From contig MCFE01000008.1 of the NCBI GenBank assembly GCA_002104905.1, positions 186,001-250,000 of the forward strand: 64,000 bases of DNA. The letters run 5' to 3'. This document shows, one piece after another, positions 36,470-48,255 of the stretch (position 1 is its first letter; each line of letters begins with the position of its first letter). The DNA comes from Basidiobolus meristosporus CBS 931.73 (Eukaryota; Fungi; Basidiobolomycota). Position numbers and translations under genes: made by a program. A model generated the notes under the pieces. That model worked only from the letters and a program-made list of their open reading frames with translations, was not told where the DNA came from and ran no database searches.

Positions 36470-39400
36470 CTAGTCTATCAACCACTCTTTACAGCGTTTT
36501 AAATATTTGGCCATCAGAACAGTGAGATCGCGCATCACAAACGCGCAAACAACGTTGTTCATGAATTCACTCACTCGGATAAGCCTGCTCAGGACCAGAG
36601 ACTGAAGTTCTCCAGGTGGCATTTGATGGAACTGCCTAATCCATCGGTCTAGTGAATACAGAGGATTGGTTAAGATTCAGGAGAGAATGGTGATGGACAC
36701 CGTGTGGGCAATTACCTACGACTTGGCATGTTTGGAACAGCTTGATCAATACGTCGATATAAAGGGACACGTCGTCACTTCAAATCAAGCAGTTAGCCTC
36801 GTATCTATTAAAGCGTAAACGCTATATATATATATATATATATTTACTCACATCTTGTCACGGGAGGTTGTCATCCTTTCAAGTGATTTCGTGATACGGT
36901 TGCCAAGGGAGAGGAACGAAGACTGGATGGGGTTGATTAATCAATGCGAATTCGTCTAGTAGGAGAAAACCCAAAATACCTGAGATTTCTTGATCGATTC
37001 AATGAACGACAGCTTCTTGGCTAGATTGTTTTGCACACTGAACAAAACGGTCTCAAAACTCTCCAACTCCTGTAATGTCGTGATGACATGTAAGCAACTG
37101 CCGGTGCAAATATATACAGACTAGCACTTACCTTCAGCATCATGGAAATCTCCGTCTCTTTCATGGATGTCACTGGAGGGACTGTGGTCAAAGTTGGAAT
37201 CTGTTGGCCCAAAGCAATTACCATGTTGTACAACGTAGCCGTGATCAGCTCGCATGCCGAGATTTTTGCTTCGATGGCGCTAAGCCGCGCCCCACTTTGG
37301 TACCTACGGTTTGAAAGATGTCGACATAAGCTTTCGGGACTTCTAGGGCCTTACTTGGATGTAGAAACCTACCATAGACTCCGTGGGATATACATCTTGG
37401 CAGAGATAAAACCGCCATTCACCATGCTACGCTCGAAACACCGCATGAGCCAGAAAGGCTGAAGTTCAGGCCTCGGAGGTGGGCCTTCCAACAAAGAGGC
37501 ACCCTGTAGTGATATTCTAGTTAATCATCCATGTTAAATAAAAGAATAGTTGGCGGTTGCCACTTTCCTCTTGTGGTTCTTCTAGCACAATATCGAACAA
37601 GGTCAGCCCCTTGTAAGGTCGGCGATTGGAATTAGTAAAATATAAGCCGGTAGGTGAAGGGTCGGATGAAAGGGCAGTTTGACTATTGTTGTATGACTTC
37701 GGCATTAATGATGAATTAGAATTTTGTACAGCTGACTTCATCATGTTGTTAGTGCCCAGCCCCATTGGTAGAGACATCTTTCTGCGAAAATTGGGCGCCA
37801 GAACTGATGATCGTGAAGCCAAGTAATCAGCGGCCAATGCTCCTTTTTGCTTCTGCGCGCTTTCGGCCTTTAGAGCAGCCATACTAGTTAATTGTATGGA
37901 GCCCCCGTTAGCACCGGGCCTGTCCCTGAGAACAGGTGTAGTGCTAGTAGGGGGCGTGGCACCAGGACGGTATGTTATAACTGAGAGTGGAGGAGGAGGT
38001 TCTCGATTGAAGGCTGCTTTTGCGCTCGACAGCAAAGTTCCCTGGGTATCAGCATCCATATTCGTCTCCTTGGAAGTACTGTTGCTATCAGAAGGCCTAA
38101 TAGCTTCAGGGGGAGGAAATTTGGGGGTTGGGGGTTTGAATGTAGCAGACTTGGGCAACTCTAGGCTGGAATCAGGGACAAGATTTTTTGGAACCTTGTG
38201 TTCTTGAGAGGAGCCCAAAGGAGCATCGATATCAGCCTTGATCTTCGAGAAATCTAACGGAGATGGCCGATGCACGGTGGACATGCCGCCTACCTTCCTA
38301 GGCAACGAAGATGATCTCAGGGGCAGCAAGCTACCTAAACCATTGAAATCTTCATTGTCGATACAGGCTGGTTGGACTTGCAATTTGGTTTCTTGCAGAT
38401 CAGGGGTTGACTGGGATTTCTCTGGCGCCAGGTAATATTCAAGGTGATCATCGTCTAAATCAGCGTCAACTTTACTATCTCGGTAGGTGCCGGCTGAATT
38501 GGTCCGTAAAATCAAAATTGGCTCAACTATCAAGAGATACTTTAGAGCTTACCAGATTGGTGAGTTTGCACGTCTGGCTTCTGTTTCGGCCTAGCGGTGG
38601 ACTTGGACAACGTATTTTCGGTTGAGCCTTTTTCTAAACAACAAGGTAGCCGATTGAACCACATGCATAATCAGTAAGCGTAGTGTTGGAATATTAAACA
38701 ATAAATATCTACCTTGCTCAGGCGAAAGAATAACATTAGGGCTTAATCCAGGAGGAGGAAATGGGGGTGGCGGTAAGTTGTTGAACGTTTGTCGAAGTGA
38801 TTCTCGTTGCGATAACTCTGACAAAGAATATCCTCTTGATCTGCTGATCCTCTGGCTTGTTGGGCTTGCTCCTTTGTTTTGCGCAGCTAGATTTTCTGTG
38901 CTAGAAATGATGGCGGATATCTTGGGCTGAATTTTTGAGTGCAAACTATCCTGCTGCAGTGTACTACTGGACAACTGCTTTCTCAAGACGGGATGTCCAA
39001 ATGCGTCTTTCCTCTCGCGCATTCTTTCTAAAGAGGGTAACGTTCTTTCGGAAAAAGACCCTCCTCGCATTCTATGATTTTCTCCCAGTCCGTTTTTCGA
39101 GGAATTTGTGCCAAGTGGTTGCTTTGTCATAGCTGTTAGCCTTGCAGATGTAGGTGGTAACAATTGAGAGAGTGGTGAATCCGGGGCAATCAATGGCTTC
39201 TTCTGAATATTCTCCTGCGACAGTGGATATTCGGCCGATGCTTGCTTTTCTTGGAGAGAATTTGCGTCTGAGGATGGATCAAGTTGAACCCCAGCTGGGA
39301 ATTGCGAGTAAGCTGAATACCTTGCACCATCCCCAGTGGTGAAATGCGTTCTATTGGGTGCTCTCAACAACGGGGCAGACATCTTTTTTCGCAAATTATG

Positions 39401-39987
39401 TAGATTAGGTATGACTTGGCTGGCGGCTGTATTCTCATCCTTTCTGATGTCTAGGGCTTGGAAAGTGGGAGATTTGTTTGTGGCTTCTGAGAATCGAAGT
39501 GGATGTTAATTTCTACATCACAAGGCTAGCGAACATAGCCAACAAACTTACGCGCAAATGGAGAGTTGAGTCCGGAGGAACTTGAAATGGCGTTTTTGGA
39601 ATTGTTTAAAAGATATATGCGATTCGTATATGTTTGATGCTTCAGAGAACCAACCGCAAACAAAGTAGCAACATTAGTCTATGCAAAGAAGATCTTGGAA
39701 GGTACATCCCTACTGGAAAGAAGCTTCCACAAGAAAACAACAAAGATACTCACAATCTGTCTAAGTTTCTTCCGGTTACTGGCGTTTTCAGCCTTATCCA
39801 TGACCTGCGACAGCAAGTCCGCAGCCTCCTGATAAGCCAGAATGGCTTCATCCAACTTTTTCTGACTGTCTAGTTGAACAGCATCTTGTGCTTTGCTTAG
39901 TGCTATCGTCAGCAAAGTTTTGGGTGAAGTGTTAGGTTGGTTCTGTGGTATAGGGGTCGAAGTAGCTGTCTTTGTCGAGGCAGCCAT
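36470..39987 (-). CDS. MIT-domain protein with long disordered middle and conserved fungal C-terminal domain (PFWLMR..GGFISAKMYIPRSLW)
   Basis: LSKAQDAVQLDSQKKLDEAILAYQEA (MIT); last exons ELESFE..QNNLAKKLSFI..FVMRDLTVLMAKYLKR. One splice junction (37504-37588) is not canonical. Confidence 0.75.
36823..36843. repeat. (TA)10 microsatellite in an intron of the MIT gene
   Basis: Direct count of TA units. Confidence 0.95.
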
Positions 39988-42102
39988 CTCAAAAGGTTAT
40001 GATGGCTCGCGCCAAATATCAGCAGGCGTTAGAATTTAAGAAACGTGCTGCGGACGGGGGATTAATAGGAAAACAGAGAAGCTGTAACAGTGTTACTAGT
40101 TGGTCGATATATTAGAAAGTATAATTAGCGTGAGCTTTACCGGAAAGACGTCAAAAAAGTAACCAAAGAATGAACTACAGTCAAGTAGCTAGTAGTAATC
40201 TGCAAGTATGGAAAGGGGCTATTAGAATAAGGAGTTCAACGTTTCAATGAATGAATTTCGACGATGCTGTTACAAATGGTTGGATAAATTCGACCATAAA
40301 CGAGGTATCAATCAGTATTTTGACGGTAACCAGAGCAACAAGTGCAATACTACAAATATGCAAAACTCAAAAAATCATAAGCTTCTGCCTCGAAAGGAAA
40401 CATGACAAATAAGGGAATAATTATAGTGAATTTGCGCACAGCGAGCACCTAATAACAATTTAGGGTCGTGAGGCGGGGATGATTTCTGACACGTTCATCC
40501 TCCCTGGCTCCTGCGTGATACCCGTGATGTTGCTTTGCGACACCAAATTGTAGGATTGATGAACATCGTACCTGGCCTTTCCACGAATGGTCCACTTAAT
40601 GGTTCTGTTGATTGGCGCGAGTGATGGTTTTCGTTACTCTTTGCCATGGCATCTTTGGCGAGTAAGGAACAAAAACCTGAATTTAACTGGTTCTGGCAAA
40701 CGATGTCTCTGAACGAGGCGTTGCGCCATGATTGGTGGGTACTAAATTACTTACTCAGAGTGTGCAGAAGAGGAGTTGACCGCGAAATCGCACTATGAAC
40801 CAGAAATAAACCATATTAAGCCATAGGTCAACTCAGGTCAGATACACACCACAGTTGTCAGGATAAATGAGACAAGGTTCACTTAGGCTCATACGATTCC
40901 AAGTTTCTGGAGACGCTTTCTCTATTGGATCACTTCGGTTTCGATGTGTGCAATGGCTATTGGACCCGAGGCCTCAAGTATGATAATAAGAATGCATACT
41001 TGATTAGTACTTTACTTGCAAGTTTAGAGACTTATTAATCTCCGACATAGCACGCAGGGATACAATGCAACGCCTGCGTCCATCTCTAAGTGGTGCATCA
41101 TTGATTAATCTCATTTTGTCCACTGCTCGCAACAAGGAAGGAATCCATACTGCTCCTCTGATGCCACCGTTTGTTTGTCTTCTCGGAATGACTGATAGGA
41201 ATTAATTGAGGGGCACGCCTGAGTTTTTTAGTTGGATGCGCGCGTGCATAAATATCTTTGGTTAAAGCCACATGAGTTCTTATTTCGGTCCATATGCAGG
41301 GTGACTCGTATCAAGAAACGAGAGTTCATCCGACACCAAGTGGTGTTAGCTCAAAGTGTCTTCTTCAAACATCGTAAGAGAATGCCACGAGGCCCAGAGC
41401 CTTCCCCGAAATATGAAAAGGATACCAGGCGCGGAACGCACTCGTCCGGTAGCCATTCTTAGAAACGGGACTTACTCGCAAAAACCCAGCTATCCCATTT
41501 AACCTAATATTTGCACTTGTTCATGTCGTAATACATGCCAAGGGGCATGGGAGTACATGATACATCAAACAGCTTGTCAGTTCAAGCCACCTCGAAGCCA
41601 AATCCTTAACTGAATTGAATTCCTCTGTAGCGATAGTAATGGGAATTCTTAATACTGGCACAATTTTAATTATCTCGAGCTTCAAATGGAAACTAGCTGA
41701 TTTGCTCTGGTCTGTGTAGTGTTTAGCAATGTAGCAGTCGAATCTCTAATGAATTAAAGGGGTTTCGATCCAAATGATCTCTAGAAAAAGGGGAAAGAAA
41801 AATTGCTCCCCTTATCCTTCCTCCTATTGTTGATAGTGTGATTTTGAGCCGGGAGAGAGGAATTGTACTAGATTCCTAACGATCCGATGCCTCTATTTAA
41901 AACCTGAAATTCCCCAAATATCCGTCTGCTACTCGAGTTACCTTATCTTTCGTTCGACCACTTCGGATAATTTCGTTGTTACTTCAAAGTTGATTTTACA
42001 CTGGGTTCCTTAACTCATCAATTCTCAAGCAATAATTGTGAAGCGGGTCAAAGTTTTGTATATTGGTATAGACTGTCTTACTAGAAATCCGCTATTTATA
42101 AT

Positions 42103-43918
42103 ATGTCTTCGCCGTACCCATTTTCATCACCTTCGCACTTTGTGAATGGCTCTCCCACTGCCGGAGGGCGTCCCGGTGGAAATGGACAAGATCACACCGT
42201 TGCTGGACTGAACTCCTCGGTCCCTAGTCCATATTTCTCACCATATCCATCAAATTATCAGTCATCGCCTAGCAATCCGTTTGGCGGTGTGAACTCCCCA
42301 AATAATTTCGCTCCCACGATGTCAATGAGTCTCCCGCTCCAGGATTCCTTCTACGGCAGCGCCACTCCAACACAGTCGCCGCAGATCTACTCCCCACATG
42401 CTTCAATCATGGATTCTCCGCGTATGGCTTACCCCACAAGCCCATGGTCCCCGACCACCTCATGGGCCAGTACCATGCTACCTACCGGAATGAACAACTC
42501 GTGGCTGGGTCTTGCGGGGATGGGCTTCCCGAGCCATCCCCGTCCTAAGCTTACCACCACGCTTTGGGAAGATGAAAACACCGTTTGCTATCAAGTTGAC
42601 GCCAAGGGGATCTGTGTTGCACGTCGACAAGGTAATTAGTTGTGACATGCCCTAGATATGCATAATATATTGATCATAGGGATCTTTCTATTTCAGACAA
42701 TGACATGGTTAACGGCACCAAGCTCTTGAATGTCACTGGGATGTCACGAGGGAAACGTGATGGTATCCTCAAGAACGAAAAAGGAAGAGTTGTTGTCAAG
42801 GTCGGAGCCATGCATTTGAAAGGAGTGTGGTAATGGCGAAGGACTAAATTTTTTCCACAAGACTACTTCTAAACAACTGCATGTGTTACAGGATTACTTT
42901 CCAAAGAGCCAAGGCCCTGGCTGCTCAGTTCAAAATTGCTGATCTACTTTATCCATTGTTCGTGGATGACCCATCTCCATTCCTCTACAATCCACACTGC
43001 CCTCCAAATGTAGCCTCCCAACAGATGTCTGCTCCTAGTGGAGCCCATTCTTTCATGAACTCACTTGGCCATTCGGGTGGGGTTACTTCAAAATCTCAGA
43101 TGCCATACGGAGCATCAGTTCCCCAGTTAATGAATGGGCAAGGGCTTTATTCCTCATCAGGCATATCCCATCCTCCAGTAGGGTCCAGTCCTAGCATTCA
43201 GGGCAATATGCTCTCCTCCTCCCACTCTGAGGCCCATGAAGATAATGAGACAGCCAATTCCACCCATGACTCCCCTGCAGTCAACTCCAGCTACTCCAAG
43301 TTTCCTACAAATCATTTCGTACCACCTGCAGAACCCAACAACAAAGGCCTTGATATGTCAGGGAGACACCAGTTGAACATGAAGAGAAACTATAATGAGT
43401 CTGAGGATAATTTTGGTGCCTATAATTATTCCAACCCCGGATCGATCACCAGTCCTCTGGCAAAGCCGATGGCAGCTCCTCTGGGAAGAACGTTTGCCAG
43501 CTTCCCCTCACCACTCACGCTATCTCCAAGCTCACTGCCTTCACCGTCAATTGCCCAGCCGAACCCGAACTTCCACTGTGATATATCGCCGTCGATGAAC
43601 AAACGGATCAAGCTACCGGATGCCGAGCACTTCATTGCACAGGAATCAAATGGAAATAATGAGCAACAGAACTATCTAGATTCCTCGACACAAGAGCATC
43701 GGGAGCAGAACTATGATCGTCAATTGAATCATAGTACAGCCTTGCAACAAGAGTCACTGGGATTACTCTTTGAAACATTGAGTCCACCGGAAAGTGAGAA
43801 TGAGAATATCTACGAGTCTACAGATGCCCATTACGACACAGGCCGCTACGAAAGCGAAGCTGTCAACAATGAACAGCGCTTCGCCTACCCCCAAGCCCTG
43901 AAGCAGCCTCAATCCTAA
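42103..43918 (+). CDS. stuA: APSES transcription factor, StuA/Sok2/Efg1 clade
   Basis: [80 protein letters not shown]; two introns; ~2.1 kb divergent upstream region. Confidence 0.95.
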
Positions 43919-44550
43919 TCTGTGCATAATATTTGTAGAAATCCTCCCAACCTCGCCCCAGTATATCTGGAACCATATTCAAACGAGCAGCAGGATCAAT
44001 AGAGTTTTCTGTATGCGTGTACTGGAGTGCAAACTATACCCTTGAGAGAGGCAGGCTATCTCTTCAGTCAACTCCTCTGTATTCTCCACATTAGACTCCC
44101 ACTATTTCGTCACCAAGAATCCACCCACTCCCCTCATGTATAACCTAGAGTCACCCAACTTCCCGCTTTCTAGTACTACGTTCCCCATAATTTTCTTTTT
44201 ACAATTATTCCAAATGGTTATCTTTTGTTCCGAACACCCGAATCATGTATTGAATGTATGTACCTATCTGTGTAGATATAAATGTCAAAGAGCACCACCC
44301 ATATGCGATGATATTGGAATATTGCTGGAGAAGTGAACCCCACATCAGTTTAGATGTGTCACAATGATGCCGAATCCGTCCAAAAAGGTTGCATAAATTT
44401 TGTCAAGTGTGAAAGATCTTCTCGTGCTGGTATCCTTTTTTGGATACAACAGTGGTAGTAGGATAGCAGCTGACGAAAGAAACTCCATCTTACAGCCGGA
44501 TTTAGATGGGCCAATTGCGGTTGCTAGGGCCTATTCAATGCTTTCCATTG

Positions 44551-44675
44551 TGACTAATCCAATATCACCGGTGTTTATTGTACAATCCAGATTGATTCCC
44601 ATATTATCGTGAATCAGATCTGCTGCACACAGTGTTTTGTTACTACCGAGGCAAATGCTGATTCACGGTGACTAC
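44551..44675. promoter_or_regulatory. Degenerate Gcn4/CpcA-like sites upstream of OTC
   Basis: TGACTAA (44551), TGATTCA (44659) and TGACTAC (44669), each 1-2 mismatches from TGACTCA; TATAAAA at 44692-44698. Confidence 0.25.
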
Positions 44676-44789
44676 AGAGTAAGCGACAAGCTATAAAAGG
44701 GATGCCAACGGAGTCTTAAACCTTCATCCATTCAACTTGGCAAGTCCGCCTCATTTCATCGTCAGCCATTAAAGAGTAAATCCATCTCA

Positions 44790-45962
44790 ATGCTCTGCTC
44801 ACCCGACAACTCCGCTCTTCAAATCCACAACTTGCCTGGCAAGCCCAAGCCCGTGAACCACCTAATCACCCTCGCCGAGCTTACAAAAGAGCAAATTTAC
44901 CGCCTGCTGATCAATTCTGCTCAGCACAAGTACAACGTCAAGTGTGAGGGTAAGCCCTCGTCCAACCCGCTGGGCGGCAAGAGTGTAGCCATGATTTTCT
45001 CTAAGCGCTCTACCCGCACTCGTGTCGCTACTGAAACTGCCACTGCATATCTTGGTAATTTAATAGAATCACTGCCCATATGTATGCCTCTCGCTAACCA
45101 GATTCTGCTTCACAAGGTGGTCATGCCATGTTCCTTGGCTCTCAAGACATTCAGATGGGAGTGAACGAATCCTTGCTGGATACATCAGTCGTGGTTTCTA
45201 GCATGGTCGATGGCATCATGGCTAGAGTCGGCGCCCATCAAGAGATTTTGGTAGGTGGATGCGAACGGTCTTATATCTATATATATGGTTCTCAAATGAC
45301 TTGCGATGTAGGAACTTGCCAAGTACTCCACTGTTCCTGTAGTCAATGCTTTGACTGATAAATACCATCCCACCCAAATCCTAGCCGATTTACTAACATT
45401 ACATGAGGCTCGTGCAAATGACGAGAACTACCGTGCTCACCTCATCCATCCCGAAGAAACCCTTGCAGGACTTCGCGTAGCCTGGGTTGGTGATGCCAAC
45501 AACATCCTTCACAGCTTGATGGTTACCCTGCCAAAGCTTGGACTTCACCTCTCCATTGCTACCCCCGCCAATTACCATCCTGATGAAGATGTCTTGGAGA
45601 TCGCAAAGATGGAGGCAGCCAAGTCAAACACTGAGCTCACCTTTACTACCAATCCATTGGAAGCCATTCAAGGCGCAGATGTCATTGTCACCGACACGTG
45701 GGTTAGCATGGGCCAGGAGAGCGAGAAAGCTCAAAGATTGAAGGAGTTTGCTGGATATCAAATCACCATGGAGATGATCAACAAGGGAAAGCCCAATGAG
45801 AATTGGAATTTCCTCCATTGCTTGCCTCGTAAGCCCGAAGAGGTTGATGATGAGGTGTTCTATTCGAAGAACTCGCTTGTCTTCCAAGAGGCCGAAAACC
45901 GGAAATGGACCATTCTTGCCGTGTTCGAGGCCCTCTTCGTAAACGGCGAATTCCAAGCTTAA
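44790..45962 (+). CDS. ARG3: Ornithine carbamoyltransferase (true start may lie upstream, see findings)
   Basis: [47 protein letters not shown]; two introns. Confidence 0.96.
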
Positions 45963-46138
45963 GCCATGCATTGCATTGATACCACCCACCACCTTAATGT
46001 AGCCACTGTATTTTCTCGCCCTTGCATTATGATTGTATGTAATAAAGTCAATAGATTCCGGAATACATATCCATCGCAGTAGTTTACATATCCTTGATGG
46101 ACTTTTTTATTTGGACAGTACGCACAGGGAGCATTGAC

Positions 46139-46621
46139 TTAGATTAGGGTCTCGTATGCGATAGGGTAAATGGTGGTAGGGGCATTATCCTTGGTGGAGA
46201 CGTGACGAGCCTCACGAGGCTGGACAGGTTGACGTTTGAGATGAATGGTTTGACCAGCAGCCTTGGCATCCTTCTTCTTCTGAGCATTCTCCTTGACACG
46301 GCGCAGGAAATCATCGCGGCACTTGGAGTGCTTGATGTGCTCAATGCGAACGTTGACGCGCTTCTCCATGTAACGGTTACCAACACGTTTGTTGATGATG
46401 ATACCGACAGAGGTCTTGGTTACGTTGTAAACGATACCGGTTCTGCCGTGGTAGTACTTGTGTGGCATGCCCTTCTGAATCGAAGCATTGGCCTTGATAT
46501 CAACAATATCCCCGACCTTGTAGGTCTTCAAGTAAGTCGAAAGCTTGACGGGACCATGTTCACGGAATTTTTGGGAGAACAGGTGACGGGTACGGGCACG
46601 ATAACCGAATGAGTGAGGCAT
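46139..46621 (-). CDS. RPL21: 60S ribosomal protein eL21; probable 5'UTR intron 46631-46802
   Basis: MPHSFGYRARTRHLF..YKVGDIVDIK..QKGMPHKYYHGRTG..KRVNVRIEH; upstream GTAAGT..CACTAAC..TTCTTAG intron ends 10 nt before the ATG. Confidence 0.97.
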   Translation of the reverse strand: MPHSFGYRARTRHLFSQKFREHGPVKLSTYLKTYKVGDIVDIKANASIQKGMPHKYYHGRTGIVYNVTKTSVGIIINKRVGNRYMEKRVNVRIEHIKHSKCRDDFLRRVKENAQKKKDAKAAGQTIHLKRQPVQPREARHVSTKDNAPTTIYPIAYETLI

Positions 46622-47052
46622 ATTTGCTTACTAAGAAACAATTTGATCCAACATAATATCAGTTAGTGCTTGGGTCACTAGAGTTGCCAAACAATACGCA
46701 TGCGCCTTCATAATCCACATCCAACCCATATCCATTCCTTATGTACACTTTTGGCGACTTCGCATTGCTTAATGTACGTCTGTATAGACTTCATATACTT
46801 ACAGGAATTCCCCAGAAGACTCGCGAAAGAGAAAGGGATGCCCACCCAGCTCGAGGCACGCTTTATTTCCCGGGATCAAGGGCAGAAAAAAAATCCCCAC
46901 CACCAGCAGGGGTCGATCACGAAGAGATCTATGAAGCATGATTGGACTGAACTAGGGAGGGTTCTGATTTTTTCGTCGAAACGCCGGTTAAAAATGAGGT
47001 CTTCGCTGGAGAAACTACCTTTTCCCTTGGTCAGATTTAACAACGGCACAGC

Positions 47053-47788
47053 ATGGCTCCCCCGAGAAACTGTATTCTTTAAAAACCGCGACTCGGTAAT
47101 TTTCCGTACATAAAAAGTTGTTTGTTTTAAAGAAGAGAGACCTAGCATATTCTCTGGGCATGAACGAATAAATAGGTCGAGCTTAAAGTCAAAGGAAAGT
47201 TGCAGCTGTCACTTTACCGAATCTCTCTCTACTTTCTTTAGGCTCCAAAACCTACAAGGTCCCTAGACGTCCTTTCGAGAAAGAACGTATCGATCAAGAA
47301 TTGAAGATCATCGGTGAGTACGGTCTTCGTAACAAGCGTGAGATTTGGAGAATCGGATACACCCTTTCCAACATTCGTCGTGCCGCTCGTGAGCTCCTCA
47401 CCTTGGACCCCAAGGACACCCGTCGTCTTTTCGAAGGTAACGCCCTTATCCGTCGTCTCATCCGTATCGGTGTCTTGGACGAAAGCAAGGCCAAGCTTGA
47501 TTATGTCTTGGGCCTCAAGGTTGAAGATTTCTTGGAGCGCAGACTCCAAACCCAAGTTTTCAAGCTTGGATTGGCCAAGTCCATTCACCACGCCCGTGTT
47601 CTCATCAAGCAAAGACACATCCGTGTTGGCAAGCAAGTCGTCGATATCCCCTCCTTCGTTGTTCGTTTGGAATCCCAGAAGCACATCGACTTCGCCTTGA
47701 CTCTCCCTATGGTGGTGGCCGTCCTGGTCGTGTCAAGAGAAAGAGAATGGCCTCTGCCGGTGGTGATGCTGAGGAAGATGAGGAATAA
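47053..47788 (+). CDS. RPS9: 40S ribosomal protein uS4/S9; one intron (47072-47241); one base missing near 47701
   Basis: [67 protein letters not shown][T, -1][19 protein letters not shown]. Confidence 0.95.
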
Positions 47789-48255
47789 ATTGATCCTGAC
47801 CTTCAGCTTTATGCCGTTTTTCCAATAAAACACTTGATCATCACTCAGTAGCACCAGTACTATGCCTAACCACAGTAATACCTCTCACGTATTCAGAGGG
47901 GTGCGCACATCCGTCGACACAAACATAATAAATAGACCGCAAGAGCGAACAATTAATTCTAAAGGTTTATTTGAGATCTTTTCTGAGGATGGTGGCAATT
48001 AGTTGTTTTACTCTCATGAAAAGAACGTGAAAACTCCGGCCGACCTCTATCAACTTTCGAGATTTACATAATAAACAGCTGGTTAAAGGCTGTTCGTACA
48101 AACAAAAGACAGGTACATGTGTATGGACTTAAATTGAAACCAAAGAATTCCTATAGAAGAGTCAAAGAATATAGAATGAACAGACATAGAAGGGTAGTGA
48201 ACTGGGAGCGCTGAGTGATTTATAAGATGTTGTACCATATTAGCATCACAAGTGA

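Noticed and set aside
47072-47080. RPS9 donor GTATTCTTT as a U12 site
   Set aside because: It mismatches the invariant ATCC, and there is no TCCTTRAY branch near the acceptor.
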